A stretch of 64,000 nt of DNA, taken from positions 1-64,000 of the forward strand of contig NW_021836140.1 in NCBI RefSeq assembly GCF_006345805.1. Direction: 5' to 3'. Shown here piece after piece: positions 52,173 through 64,000 of the stretch. Within the stretch, counting starts at the first letter, position 1. Every line of letters begins with the position of its first letter. The notes below the pieces were generated by a model. The model was not told the origin of the DNA, made no database searches, and saw only the letters and a list, made by a program, of their open reading frames with translations. Made by a program: the position numbers and the translations under genes. This DNA comes from Octopus sinensis (taxonomy: Eukaryota).

Positions 52173-53330
52173 CGAGGCGAAAACAGAAAACACCTTTTTC
52201 AACAACTCCTTCCTATTCGTACCTGACCTTACAGGAAAATCTAAAAGTATATCTTTTGATATCTTTTTAGGAAGTCGTGGCGAGAAGAGTAGTAGCAGTG
52301 TTAGATGGTCCCAGAAAAATTATTCCATTGGGAGACTGTTGCTTCCTATTGCCAACATTCAAACGTCACCCCACTTTCAATATGGCAGGCTTTACTTTCA
52401 ACGAAGTGAGGGCATTAGTGGCAAAATGTCTGACAGGATCTGCCTCAGGACTATTTGATGTTTGGCCACCGAGTAAGGACATCGTCACGAGTACTCAGTA
52501 CGGGAGTGGGCTCACAATCTACTGTGGATGCCTTGAACATAGATCGGCAATCAGTCACCTTATCAAGAAGGCAAAGACGAATAACACCACATTCTCAGTT
52601 GTAACATTAGATTTCGCTAAAGCCAACTCGAATGTGCCCCACCAGTTAATTTATAATATATTGCAGCACCATCAAGTACTAACAGCAGTAGATCAAGCAC
52701 GCAATGTTGCACATGGAGCCACTGAAAATGGGATTCACAGCAGGAAATTTCACTACCAGATGGCAGAGTTTGATAAATGGCATTAGGGCGGGGTAAGCAT
52801 TATCCGTGAACTTATTAGTAGTGGCCATGAACCTACTGCTAGACACAGGAAGAAAACATTCGATAGAACCAGAAATTGGCGTCAACAGAATGTATCCGGT
52901 CTCAAAGATCTTCATAGATTACAGATCTCTCATAACACAATCTGTCTAAAGGACGCTGTGGATTCTGAGCTCGATGGAAAAGGTAGCCGTACGGCCATGT
53001 ATCAATTTCTGTTGAAAAGAAAGACGAATGGAAGTGATACTATTAAAGACTATTAAGTGAGAAGAATGCTCGGGAGAAAGAGGTTTTTACCAACGTGGAG
53101 CAGAGGAACCCGCTATTCCAGTTGACCGCAGTATAACAAGTAAAGAAATTAAACTTATGAAAAGTACAGGAAACCACTGGACTATCATGTATTTCTACTG
53201 AAATGCTTAAGGTATCTGGTGGCGTAGGATACGGTCTAGCTATCTGTATGGTCATGCAAGTTTTACCGGAAAATGTTTTACCCAATGACTTTCGTAGCAA
53301 CACTGTAGCCAACTGAAGGGTAAAGAAAAA
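51860..53330 (+). mobile_element. Decayed restriction-like-endonuclease LINE (HERO/R2-group) RT remnant
   Basis: GCLEHRSAISHLIKKAKTNNTTFSVVTLDFAKANSNVPHQLI (~52526-52651) matches the GCLEH...LDLANAYGSIPH RT segment of this group; many deletions and stops. Confidence 0.72.
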
Positions 53331-53733
53331 GGCTTAGGGAAAAGTAATTCCAAAGGTATAACATTACTAGTCTAGGTCATAAAAGTTACTGATAAATTCA
53401 ATACTCAATTATGATAAGAATTAGTGTAGATGATATGTAGTTCAGTTTAATGCCAAGAAGTACAAGTGAAGTTCAGTTCTTGTTGTGACAACTTCAGACG
53501 TATTTTGCTAAAGGTAAACCACTATACTTGATAAGTTAGTTTATATTTTAAATCAAATTTACTGATAGAGAAACTTAATGCTAAATTAGTGTCAAATTTA
53601 TTAGGAATTTCTTCTTAACTCAGTCACCATATTTCCCCCAACGGCTTACTCAATCAGAAAGATAAGCATTTCACTTTAAATAAGAAAGCAGGTGAAAAGA
53701 TTCTTTAAATCAGAAGTTGTACTCAAATAGTGA

Positions 53734-54069
53734 TGGAAGCACTCCGTCGGTTACGACGACGAGGGTTCCGGTTGATCCGATCAACGGAACAGCCTGCTCG
53801 TGAAATTAACGTAGTTCTCGGGGATATTCAGCGTGATACAGAGAGTGACAAGGCCGGCCCTTTGAAATACAGGTACAACAGAAACAGGAAGTAAGAGTAA
53901 GTTGTGGTGAAAGAGTACAGCAGGAATCACCACCATCCCCTGCCGGAGCCTCGTGGAACTTTTAGGTGTTTTCGCTCAATAAACACTCACAACGCCCGGT
54001 CTGGGAATCGAAACCGCGATCCTATGACCGCGAGTCCGCTGCCCTAACCACTGGGCCATTGCGCCTCCA
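53734..54069 (-). mobile_element. SINE family C with TSD
   Basis: Reverse complement of the 55129 copy with a small deletion; TSD actcaaatagt at 53721-53731 and 54071-54081. Confidence 0.92.
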
Positions 54070-54212
54070 CACTCAAATAGTAAGCTATCATTGTTAAATT
54101 CTTGGTAACAGCAACTTTATATATACGCCCAAAGGTCAGAAAACAAATTCAAAATATTTGGTACAGGAGTGGAAATGCACAGAGTTTGAAAGGAAAAGGA
54201 AAACAGAAAAAT

Positions 54213-54490
54213 ATATAAGAAATATTGAATTTCTAAATCTCTCGTAGAGACATGTACGGTGGTGGGGCGATAGAATGGTTGTATACTGTCAATCTAACAA
54301 GAACGTGACAGTAGGGGGTACACCACCGCTGTATAGCCCTAGGAGGCATCGAACGCCTCCTGATAGCTTTGACACAGTTTTTCCCTTACGAAGGGGAGAC
54401 AAACACCCCCGGCTGCCGGAACTGCAAAATATATTAAAAACTAAAACGATTAAAAAACAATCAATTAGTGAATTAAAACAGTGTGATTAA
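54213..54490. mobile_element. Un-inverted copy of the 47112 element family
   Basis: Near-identical to 47112-47273 from the same start (ataagaaatattgaatttc); right boundary uncertain. Confidence 0.8.
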
Positions 54491-54740
54491 ACCAAAGCTA
54501 AAAATAAAGGAATAAAATCAGTAATCAGTCCAATGGGAAAAAATCAAGGAAATTAGCTTGGAAGGTTTTAACTCCACTTGTTAAATTAACTAAAATAAAA
54601 CACTGGAAAATTTTATTTTTTCATTAGTCTACGTGCTAAATTATTTATGCGTGTATGTGTGTCTACACATACATACAGACACATATATGTTTGGAATTTA
54701 AATGCATGATTTTACGTGGTTGTTTGTTTTTAGAAATATA

Positions 54741-54992
54741 ATAAATAAAATAAATGCGCCCTTTTAAAGCCTAGCCAGGCTCATGGGCCCGGTTTCCCGG
54801 TTTCAATGGTGTATGTGTGTCCCCAGCTGGACAGGACGCCACTCCATCGCATTTTTGCCAGCTGAGTGGACTGGAGTAACGTGAAATGAAGTGTTTTGCT
54901 CAAGAACACAACACGTCACCTTGTCCAGGAATCGAAACCACAATGTTACGATCATGATGTTGACACCCTAACCACTAAGCCACGTGTCTCCA
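54741..54992 (-). mobile_element. tRNA-derived SINE family D with TSD
   Basis: Minus head tggagacacgtggcttagtggttaggg...ggtttcgattcc; ttttagaaatata flanks both ends; A-rich tail. Confidence 0.85.
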
Positions 54993-55128
54993 CTTTTAGA
55001 AATATAGCTAGCATTAAAAGCTTGATCAAAAATCATTTTAATTTATAACTTCCTCAAAAAAAAAAAATTTAAGTACAATTTATGCATATTGCTTAAAGTA
55101 AGTTTACAATCTAATATGCATAGCGTAT

Positions 55129-55512
55129 TGGAGGCGCAATGGCCCAGTGGTTAGGGCAGCGGACTCGCGGTCATAGGATCGCGGTTTCGATTCCCAGACT
55201 GGGCGTTGTGAGTGTTTATTGAGTGAAAACACCTAAAGCTCCACGAGGCTCCCGCAGGGGATGATGGTGATCCCTGCTGTACTCTTTCACCACAACTTTC
55301 TCTCACTCTTACTTCCTGTTTCTGTTGTACCTGAATTTCAAAGGGCCGGCCTTGTCACTCTCTGTGTCACGCTGAATATCCCCGAGAACTACGTTAAGGG
55401 TGCACGTGTCTGTGGAGTGCTCAGCCACTTACACGTTAATTTCACGAGCAGGCTGTTCCGTTGATTCGGATCAACCGGAACCCTCGTCGTCGTAACCGAC
55501 GGAGTGCTTCCA
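55129..55512 (+). mobile_element. tRNA-derived SINE family C, full length
   Basis: A box tggcccagtggt, B box ggtttcgattccc; three full copies in the window; atagYgtattg flanks. Confidence 0.92.
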
Positions 55513-55604
55513 ATATAAAATAGTGTATTGAACGGAATCTCCGAGAAAAAGGAATTACTGTGACCAGCTTAGCTACAATGCAGTGCCTGCTAGCAATCTG
55601 CAAC

Positions 55605-56011
55605 CAGCAATTCGTACCAAATGCTGACGTAAGTGTTATTGCTGCACTACAATGCACGACCCTTCCGATTCACGACCCAGCAATTCGTGCCAAATGCTGA
55701 CGCAAGTGTTACTGTTGCACGACAATGCACGACCCTTCTGACTATCACCTCTTTGGATCGCTCAAACATACTTTACGAGGTCGCCGATTTGCTACGGATG
55801 AAGAAGCGTAGGAAGCAGTGCATAAATTGGCTGCGTGATCAGTCGAAAGTCCTTCTTCTTCGATGGAATAAGCAAAGTTGTAGACCTGTGGAAGAAGTGC
55901 ATCGAAAATAAAAAGAGACTATGTGGAAAATGATGTAATTGTTCAACCCCTGCTTTTGTTTTGATAAATTACGGAAAGAAGTGTGCGTATATCTTCTGAT
56001 TTATGCTCGTA
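55605..56011 (+). mobile_element. Mariner 3' remnant with a ~72-bp internal tandem duplication
   Basis: VLLLHYNARP / LHDNARP, LRGRRFATDEE, DGISKVVDLWKKCIEN; terminal ...ctcgta TIR-like end. Confidence 0.8.
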
Positions 56012-56081
56012 TATAAGTTCAAACATATATAAGTACATACATATATACATATACACGCATATATATACATACGTATATATA

Positions 56082-56113
<32 letters not shown>

Positions 56114-56117
<4 letters not shown>

Positions 56118-56422
56118 AATTAATATGTGACAACTATTCAATAGCCAAGATAAAACTCTGAGTTCCGGATGTCGAAGTGGAAATCCGCAACACCATCTCA
56201 TCGGTTATCTGGCCATCTGAAAAATGCCATCTGAAAATAGCGTTTTCAGATGGCCAGATAACCGAAGAGATAGTGTTGTGGATTTCCACTTTGGCATCCG
56301 GAACTCAGAGTTTTATCTTGGCTATTGAATAATTGTCACATATTAATTTACAGATAAATTTCCTCTATTTACATAATATTGAGGTATCTTTCTTTCTTTT
56401 GTTATCTTACCGTTTTTACCAA
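56114..56422. mobile_element. Fold-back pLTR-like element in (TA)n (~110-bp arms); each arm has a variant hammerhead
   Basis: 56114-56224 ~ rc(56243-56352); right part homologous to 22366-22535; motif GATAA-CCGAWGA-GAT..ATC-C-GGAA-CTC(A)GAG-TT-TTATC. Confidence 0.85.
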
Positions 56423-57079
56423 TATATATATACATATATATGTATGTATAAAGAATACAAACTGGGACAAGAAGGCAAAACATTTAGAAGACGATACAAA
56501 AAACACGGACGGGACATTTGAAGCCTTCAATCTTCAGTCAAGAACCGGATCATCCTCGCAATTTCGGCTGATTAATCTTGAGATTGCTCCAATCTGGCCA
56601 GCCCCAAGGAAAAACTAAGCTAAGCGCTTTAGATTCCTTGGAAGAAAGCTTCGAATGTATACAAAACAAGGACAGAAAAGCGGACGATGTTACACGAATA
56701 TGAATACAAAAATAATACGTAAAAACAATAATAATAATACATAAAAACAATAATAATAATAACAACAATAACAGGACATCACAAACAGGCGTCTTTCGAC
56801 TAGGACGAATTAAACTCAGCTGACGTGTTAGGAATGTGCCTTACAAGCAGAAAATACACGTTTTCAAACAATTTGCACCGGCAAGTGCTATCTGTCTAAA
56901 GATTCCGCATACCAGAAGTCAACTAGTGTATGTGGCCATCAGGAGAGAATGCGCGCCGTTTCGGGGCCTACCTCTTGACGGCATCATTGCGCACCACCCC
57001 CACCTCACTTACATGAGTCTCCGCTTGCTATATTAACTGGTGTCAATGAGGGGGTATTAAAAACAATCTAATTATATTT

Positions 57080-57200
57080 ATTGCCCACAAGAGGCTAAAC
57101 GCAGAGGGGACAAACAAGGACAAAGGGATTAAGTCGATTACATCAACCCCAGTGCGTAACTGGTACTTAATTTATCGACCCCGAAAGGATGGAAGGCAAA
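57080..57200 (-). mobile_element. SINE family A, 3' fragment
   Basis: ggggacaaacaaggaca...atcgaccccgaaaggatg. Confidence 0.85.
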
Positions 57201-57280
57201 TTAAATATATATGTATGTCTATGTGCATGTATGTATGTTTGTGTGTATGTATGTATGTGTGTATGTATGTATCTATGTCA

Positions 57281-57358
57281 GATCACTTTCGAATGCTACT
57301 GGTAACATGTAACCCAGTACAACCTGTTGCATGGTCGGGTCGTTGGCGACTAAACCGG
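57281..57358 (+). ncRNA. HDV-like self-cleaving ribozyme fold (decayed)
   Basis: P1 GATCAC/ATGGTC, P2 CCAGT/ACCGG, P3 ACA/TGC, L3 ACCTGT, P1.1 CC/GG, P4 TCG(TTGG)CGA, J4/2 CTAA in the correct nested order; one mismatch each in P1, P2 and P3. Confidence 0.6.
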
Positions 57359-57826
57359 CAACCCCACCAAGCTTGCTTGGTGAGGAGGGTGTTTATTGGT
57401 CACCCTGCGGGATGAAAACAAAACCCGTCTAAGGGCGGAGGAACTCTTGAGAGTCAACGGCCATCCAATAAATGCCTTAAGGCTGTATCATGCGCGGGAC
57501 ATAGAAATGATCGGACTGAATACCCGATCTCGCGGTTAAACCATTGGGAGTGAAGGACTCCTAGCCTTTGTTAGGGCATCCTTCTAGCAGAAGGTAACTC
57601 AGGTAACTGGGATAACTCCGACATAAAACCTGCGGCTCAGTGGTCACCGATGATGTTGACTTGTTCTTCTTTTCGGATTATGGCTGCTGTTGCTTAGTGA
57701 GTGGGATTGACTCAGTGCACAGCCTTTCCTCACTTTAAAAACATCTTCTTGCACAGGCATTGCACGATAACAACATTGATTAAGCTTCGTGCAATGGCCA
57801 TACTCGATAACGAGGGGGCAGCCACC
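57281..57826 (+). mobile_element. RTE-like LINE 5' UTR segment inserted in (TATG)n
   Basis: GC-richer block beginning with an HDV-like fold; gggcatccttctagcagaaggtaactc resembles an RTE 5' UTR motif (from memory); atgtatctatgt on both sides. Confidence 0.6.
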
Positions 57827-58099
57827 ATGTATCTATGTATGTATGCATGTAGAAGGTTGTTTGTTAAGGCAGGCCAGAGAGTGACCATTAGTTTCATACC
57901 AATTAGGGGCTAAGCTCTATATGCGACTTGTCAGATTCAAATGGTTGGAAGCACGTAACCTCTCTACAGCTGTACGTATGTGTGTGTAGTGTGTGCGCGT
58001 GCAAGTATGCGTGTTTGTGCGCGCGTGTGCGTGCGTGTTCATATAGATATTTTTACAGTGATAAGAGCTACCAAAGGAGATCCCTACATTTTCCCCACA

Positions 58100-58990
58100 T
58101 CTAAGAATTCATCCCGTCTCATATAAATTTTACCGTAAATATATACAAACAAAACAACCGTCTCCGACTCAAAACATTTTAAATAAACATCAAAAAGAAA
58201 ATAAATTACATTATTAATACACACCAGTGAATTACTATATCAAGTTATCAGAATAATTTCCAGATATTTTAGAAGAAACAAACGAAATAATTACTATTGC
58301 CACCCTAAATGTAGAAAGCCTTTTCGCCATTGGTCATTCGGTAGAAGCAGTCGAAACTATATTAGATGACGTATATACTAACCCAGATATAAACGCACCC
58401 ATGATACCAGCGAAGTTATTAAAAAGATACTAATAACCTGTACAACTGAATTATTGTATCGCTGCCCATAAACAAATAAATGGAGTAGCTATGGGTTCTC
58501 CTCTAGGACCTATGTTCACTACATTCTACTTAGCTAAAATAGAAAAGGGAATAGCATTAGGCACAAACGTAATATATATTATGTAAGTAGGTGATATAAT
58601 GAAATCGTAAAAAAAAACGTTGAGATGTATAATGTGAGAACAACTCAGCACTGAAATTTAGCATCTGAAACAATGCTAATAAAACTCTATTTCTAGACAT
58701 TAAAATTAAGATTAGAAACGATAGATAGATACATTTTTCCAGTTTACACAAAGCAGAAACCACAAGGTGTGAGATATGCATATACCTACATGAAGATAGT
58801 AACTGTCCACATAATTACAAAATCTCTGTGGAAAAAAACCATTACTTACAAAGTACTTAGACTCTGTTTCACAATGCAACACTACATGATGAAATCAAGA
58901 AAATTAAAGACCATCAGATATTCAAGCTGGAATATCTACTTATACAAAAGTGTAATGCGTCAAATACATCCATTGGTCAACACCCCTACT
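58100..58990 (+). mobile_element. Highly decayed second Penelope-like RT remnant
   Basis: IATLNVESLF (~58296-58325) and KQINGVAMGSPLGPMFTTFYLAKIE (~58470-58545). Confidence 0.8.
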
Positions 58991-58994
58991 AATA

Positions 58995-59371
58995 TCTCTA
59001 TATATATAAACGGCAAAATGTCTGTCTCTGTGTGTGTGTATCCTTTATACAAATCCACATTTTTTTCAGTTAGAGGGCTCGCACTTTCTATGGTCATTCA
59101 AAACCGTCCACGGGTGGTCGTGCACATCTTTACATTTCCCAAGTCGCCCCGCAAAGTCATTAAAAAGTCAGTAGAAGTGACTTTTTTGTGAATTTTCTAT
59201 CCATCCAAAACCCAATCAAAATGCCCGAAACCTGATACGCCAATTGAATGCCAGCTAGCTGTATGTGATTGGCCGGAGATTTGGACAGTACTCGCGTGTA
59301 TGTGCGCACGCGCGCAGCTGAATATGCATGCACTAGCACTATGACTGGGCATTGCCGTGTAATAGTGCTAG
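58995..59371 (+). mobile_element. Non-autonomous Helitron-like element
   Basis: 5' TCtctatatatataaacggca (shared with 47980), 3' CTAG, A|T insertion site. Confidence 0.75.
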
Positions 59372-59392
59372 TATATATTAAACAACAATATT

Positions 59393-59623
59393 GGGCGGCG
59401 AGCTGGCTGAAACGTTAGCGCGCCGGGCGAAATGCTTAGCGATATTTCGTCTGTCGTTACGTTCTGAGTTCAAATTCCGTCGAGGTCGACTTTGCCTTTC
59501 ATCCTCTCGGGGTCGATAAATAAAGTACCAGTTTCACACTGGGTCGATGTAAACGACTTAATCCCTTTGTCTGTCCTTGTTTGTCCCCTCTATGTTTAGC
59601 CCCTTGTGGGTAGTAAACAAATA
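59393..59623 (+). mobile_element. SINE family A with TSD
   Basis: Full copy; tatatattaaacaacaa at 59372-59388 and 59624-59640. Confidence 0.92.
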
Positions 59624-60034
59624 TATATATTAAACAACAAAATGAATCATGTGAAATGCATAGTAGGTACAAAACACAAGATAGTAAATGTCATAAAACG
59701 AAATACAAAATGCGTAAGACAAGGGCATTAGCTTACACTAGTAATGTATTACAAAAGCATTGGAATCATAAACATTCTTATTGATAACAGCGCATGCATG
59801 TAAACCTGAGATAAGACTGAATATTCAATGTAATTTACAGATTTGACTGTTAAGGTGTAAGCTTCAAACTTCAAACTTTCCACGTTAGTCAAACAAGTAC
59901 AGTTCACTCTCGTAGTCTCACTACGAATATAAAACAATGAGCAATTGCAAACACTATGCCATACACTATAAGACACACCTATGTGGGAAAAAAAAACATT
60001 TATCGTAAATACTTCTATATATTGGTTTCAAATT

Positions 60035-60235
60035 TTTTAACAAGGCCAGCAATTTTGGGGGAGGGGTGGTCGATTATATCGACCCCAGTGTTCAGCTAGT
60101 GCTTATTTTATTGATTCCGAAAGGATGAAAGGCAAAGTCGTCCTCGGCAAAATTTGAACTCAGCACGTAAAGCCGAACGAAATGCCGCTAAGCACTTTGC
60201 CTGCCTTGATAACGATTCTACCAGTTCGCATCCTT
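60035..60235 (-). mobile_element. SINE family A (diverged)
   Basis: atcgaccccagtg...aaggatgaaaggcaaagtcg...gaactcag. Confidence 0.8.
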
Positions 60236-60659
60236 AATATTTCCATATATTACAGAATTCAACATAGAAAAATAATACTGATTGTGGAAGCAATGCTGAT
60301 ATTGCAACACAAGGGGACAGTTAACAGACAACATACATCACGATAGTGATTCCAATGACACATAATCCTAAAAAAGTAACGGTCAAGTTCTGATGGGAAA
60401 ATCTATATAAATATAAGCACCGACTATAAAAGAGTAGTAAAGAAGCCAGAACCACTTTACATCCTGAAGATGAGGATAAGATAAGTTGGAAAAATTGATG
60501 GTAAACTTGATAACATGCGAGGAAATCATAGAAAGAGCATCCATTTAGACCAGTGGTTCTCAGTCGAGGTACATGTGACCCTTCGGGGTTCAAATAAAAG
60601 TTTGTTAAAGTTTATGTACAATAAGCTAGCTATACTTGTACAATATACAAAATAGTGAT

Positions 60660-60860
60660 TTCAAATTTTGGTACAAGTCCAGTAAATTCGGGGAAGGAGT
60701 AAGTCGATTATATTGACCCCAGGACTCAACTGGTACTTACTTTATCGGCCCCGAAACGATAAAAGACAAAGTCGACCTTGGCGGAGTTTGAACTAAGAAC
60801 GTAAAAATGGACGAAATGCTATAAAGAATTTTGCCCGTCGTGCTATCGATTCTGCCATCT
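60660..60860 (-). mobile_element. SINE family A (diverged)
   Basis: gtcgattatattgacccc...aaagtcgaccttggcggagtttgaact. Confidence 0.78.
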
Positions 60861-60904
60861 CACAGACTTACGATATACAAAATATTAAAAACATTTTTAT
60901 ACCA

Positions 60905-61395
60905 TTCGTAACTTGGCAGACACGCGTCTCATACCCAAATCTTTAATGATAATGGACTGAACTGAACCGTATCTGCACATCCTCTGATAACTCACATATG
61001 GTGATTTGACGATTTCCCCTCACAGCTGCATGTATATCTGCGATGTTTTTCTCAGTTCTGGTGGTTGCGGGTCTCCCAGAACGTTCGTCACTATCGATAT
61101 TTTTTCGGCCATCTTGGAAACGTCTGAACCACTCGTACACTTGTGTGCAACTCATACTCTCCTGCAACTTTGCTTAGACTTCTGAGCAGGTATCGCCATT
61201 ACAACTTTTTCTGTCATGGTCAATGCGACGATCGTATGTTACGCACATTACTTTCAAGTATAGCTGTAAACAACGGAGGTGAGCCAGAACGTTAAAATTT
61301 AGGGTGCGTGCACAGCAGAGGTTAAGCAGCTTCACTCTGCGTATTTTGGCTTCGTTACTATGGCAACAGTCCGGATACGTATTTATGAAACCTCA
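60905..61395 (-). mobile_element. Mariner 5' remnant (HTH region)
   Basis: MSCTQVYEWFRRFQDGRKNIDSDERSGRP...VRGNRQITICELSED; TIR-like end near 61370-61394. Confidence 0.82.
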
Positions 61396-61859
61396 AACAC
61401 TGTCTCCATTCATCTGACAACCACTTAACGGCGTACTGGCTCAATTTATTGTAACACCGGCACTGGAGAGTTTCACTTACCCCAGTAATTCTAAAAAGGT
61501 TTTTATACTGTACATTTTCTTCATTTTTCTTCTAAGCAAACACAATCATGATGTGAATAGAAGCGAGGGGGATAGCAGAGAGAGAACTTAGTAAGAGGGT
61601 GAAAGAAGAGAGAATATTAATGAAGATAGACTAATGGATGTGAAGGTGGTTGTCTAAGAGAAAGTTAGAAGGACTGAAGTGTGGCAACAAAGATAGGCGA
61701 TGATCAATGATAGCAACAGAATTGTGATATTAGGGGAGAATGGTGAATGTCAACGATGAGTGACACAAGAGAGAGGGGATAGCAGTATAGGTGCTTGGTT
61801 GCAAGTGGTGATATGAATAAAGATCCAACGTCGGTCTCCATTTACATACACATTTTGTT

Positions 61860-62460
61860 TTACTTTACAATGTTGCAAGTTCATTGTCTCCTTCTTTGCA
61901 AGTTTCAGCTTCTTGAGATCATGCTTCACCATTTCATTTCATGTTTACCTGGTCTTCTTTTTCTGCAGGTTTCATAAGATATGTATGGAGGTTATCAATA
62001 ATGATAAGTATGGAGGCTATCAATAATATAAAGAAGTGTTCAACACTTCTGTATACTGTTAATGCACCCTCCATCCATATCAATTGCCCCAAACAATATC
62101 GTTTTCTCTCTTTCATTCTGTATCTTATATTGATTTCCTCTCAAATCATTTGTGCTCCTACATTTATACGTACTAAGATTATATATTCCGTGGAGCATGC
62201 TCACGTTATTTCTTTCTGACCTTTTCAAATTTTCTGCATTTAAAACCCACATGTTACTACCATGCAAAATTGCATATTGTACACAGGCCTCACAGAGTGC
62301 CCCCTTATACTTAGAGTTGAATCTTTCGTTACCAGCAGAGGAAGTAGCTCCCTGAACTTTCCCTCTCCTTCTTCCTCTAGTTACTTTGCTTTCATAAGGT
62401 CTGAGCTGAGAAGTAGTCCATATTTACTCACTAAGTCTTGTAAGCTATTAGCATGACAGA
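61860..62460 (-). mobile_element. RTE-clade LINE remnant
   Basis: EACVQYAILHGSNMW (~62247-62291) and KPG*HE..MVKHDLKKL segments resemble RTE ORF C-termini. Confidence 0.65.
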
Positions 62461-64000
62461 TGTAAAATAGTTTTTCACTTACAATCTAAGCACACAGTTC
62501 TTTTAAACCATATCTGGCAGGCATATATATATATATTGTGAGCTTCCAGGTCCTGTTGCAAAATTATTGTACCTGTAATTTCATTGACTTGCAATTGCAA
62601 ACATATGAGATTTCTAATCATTGAGGTATAATTGATAGCATTGAATATGCTCTCAAGGAAAGAAGATTGCTCCGAGCAACATGTGCTGTAATTCCCATTC
62701 ATCCCATAACAGATGGTTGAAAGGAGATTAATTACCAATAAATTCTTTATTCTTAAGAAATATATTACAAATGATTCTGTTTTTAGGATATCTTATTCTA
62801 AAAATAGCAACTAATAATTCTCTTCTCTTATTTTTCCCTCTTAGAGATCTAAAAAGGGATATAAACTGATAGTTGGATTGTCATTTACATTTAAACACAA
62901 CGAACCACCAAGATATCTTACCACTGTCTTGGTGAAAGTTTTACTCATAATATTTACTATTTATCATCTATTTTCTTTTTAAGAAAACAGTTTTCTCCCT
63001 CAAGTCATTCCCTAAAATAAATTCACTTTTTATAGATTTCGAAAATTCAATGCTTAATATTTTGAATGTTTCTTTATATCATCATTTCTTTGTGAAATTA
63101 TTCCACTTGAAATTAAAAATAAATGGTAGATAAAAATAAAATACATCAAATAAACAAACAAGCAGAGAATTGCTTAAAAACAATTTATATTAGATTGCAA
63201 TTCAGAAATTAAATTAAATCATTGTATATAAAAAGAAAAACAAAAAGTGCTTTTTGTATGGTAATCACTCACAAATGCTAATGCAACAACCCCCGTTTCC
63301 ACACACTTACATATACATATATTCACATTTAAACACAAATACACATTTATTAGCACAAACACACTTATGCATTTACATTTATAGACATTTATATATGCAC
63401 AATGCCTAAAAAAGAGACACAGCAAAAGAAATCGATAAAATAGTAAACAAAATACTATATACCTACAATAAACACAAAAACTTAGACAGGAAAGAAAAAA
63501 TAAGCAGCACCCTCACTCCCGACATTCATCCAGTAAAAGCTAAGAAAATTAAAATACTAAAAATATCTTTGATGACCATGAAATAGAAAACTGTAAATAC
63601 TAAACTTAGGAAGACACATTTTTTTTTAGTTAAAATAAGGAAGAATATGAGGGGAAATCAAAAGAAAAGGAAAATAACTTTTATCTAAAATACCATTGGA
63701 AGCTATCTGAATGTTTGCAAAGCTTAAAAGGTTGTGAAGCAAAATGAAAGGAGAGTTACATAAAAAAAGAAAGACGGATAATTTCCAAGAAAAGCAACTA
63801 GATGAATAAGCTGAATAAGAAACAAATTCAGCAAATTTAAAAACCAATATAAGAGAATATTCAAGAATATGAGAAATTCAAACACTTGCATGGAATTTCA
63901 AATGCAAGTTATGTAAATACAGGAGGTTGCTCCCTCGCCGAAATTGAATGGTTGGTTTTGTTGTTTATTGTCTTGTAAATGTTTTTTTTTTTCTTTTAGT

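Noticed and set aside
55129-55205. tRNA gene-like sequence (also in the other SINE heads)
   Set aside because: It has A and B boxes but continues into a 380-bp repeated body with TSDs and lacks a clean cloverleaf; it is a SINE head.
56500-56600. CTGAAGA and GCCGAAA pieces on the minus strand of the 56450-57065 repeat
   Set aside because: The core parts cannot be assembled into a hammerhead in the right order.
56945-56995. GCCGTC...GAAACGGC resembling a type III hammerhead stem III (minus strand)
   Set aside because: No CUGANGA and no stem I between the arms.

Overview
Eukaryotic, AT-rich, microsatellite-dense non-coding DNA. The SINE families and the microsatellite load suggest a coleoid cephalopod such as Octopus (inference). 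I find no intact host protein-coding gene; nearly all listed ORFs are microsatellite or repeat artefacts. Mobile DNA dominates: a near full-length, frameshifted Neptune-type Penelope-like retroelement (RT + GIY-YIG, 1-4663), a second Penelope RT remnant, three mariner remnants, HERO-, RTE- and CR1-like LINE remnants, two non-autonomous Helitrons, two MITEs and many tRNA-derived SINEs. The most striking signal is a set of short non-coding elements, almost all inserted in (TA)n tracts, carrying about ten type I hammerhead ribozyme motifs from several sequence families. The best case is a ~593-bp tandem retrozyme-like array (22598-23973) whose 5' end lies 2 nt from the predicted self-cleavage site. 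A related single unit (34421-34988) carries a different hammerhead, and three (TA)n insertions are 104-113-bp fold-backs. There is also an HDV-like ribozyme fold at the 5' end of an RTE-like piece (57281-57358) and a locally templated mosaic segment (18043-18491). All RNA folds were read by eye and need computational and experimental confirmation.
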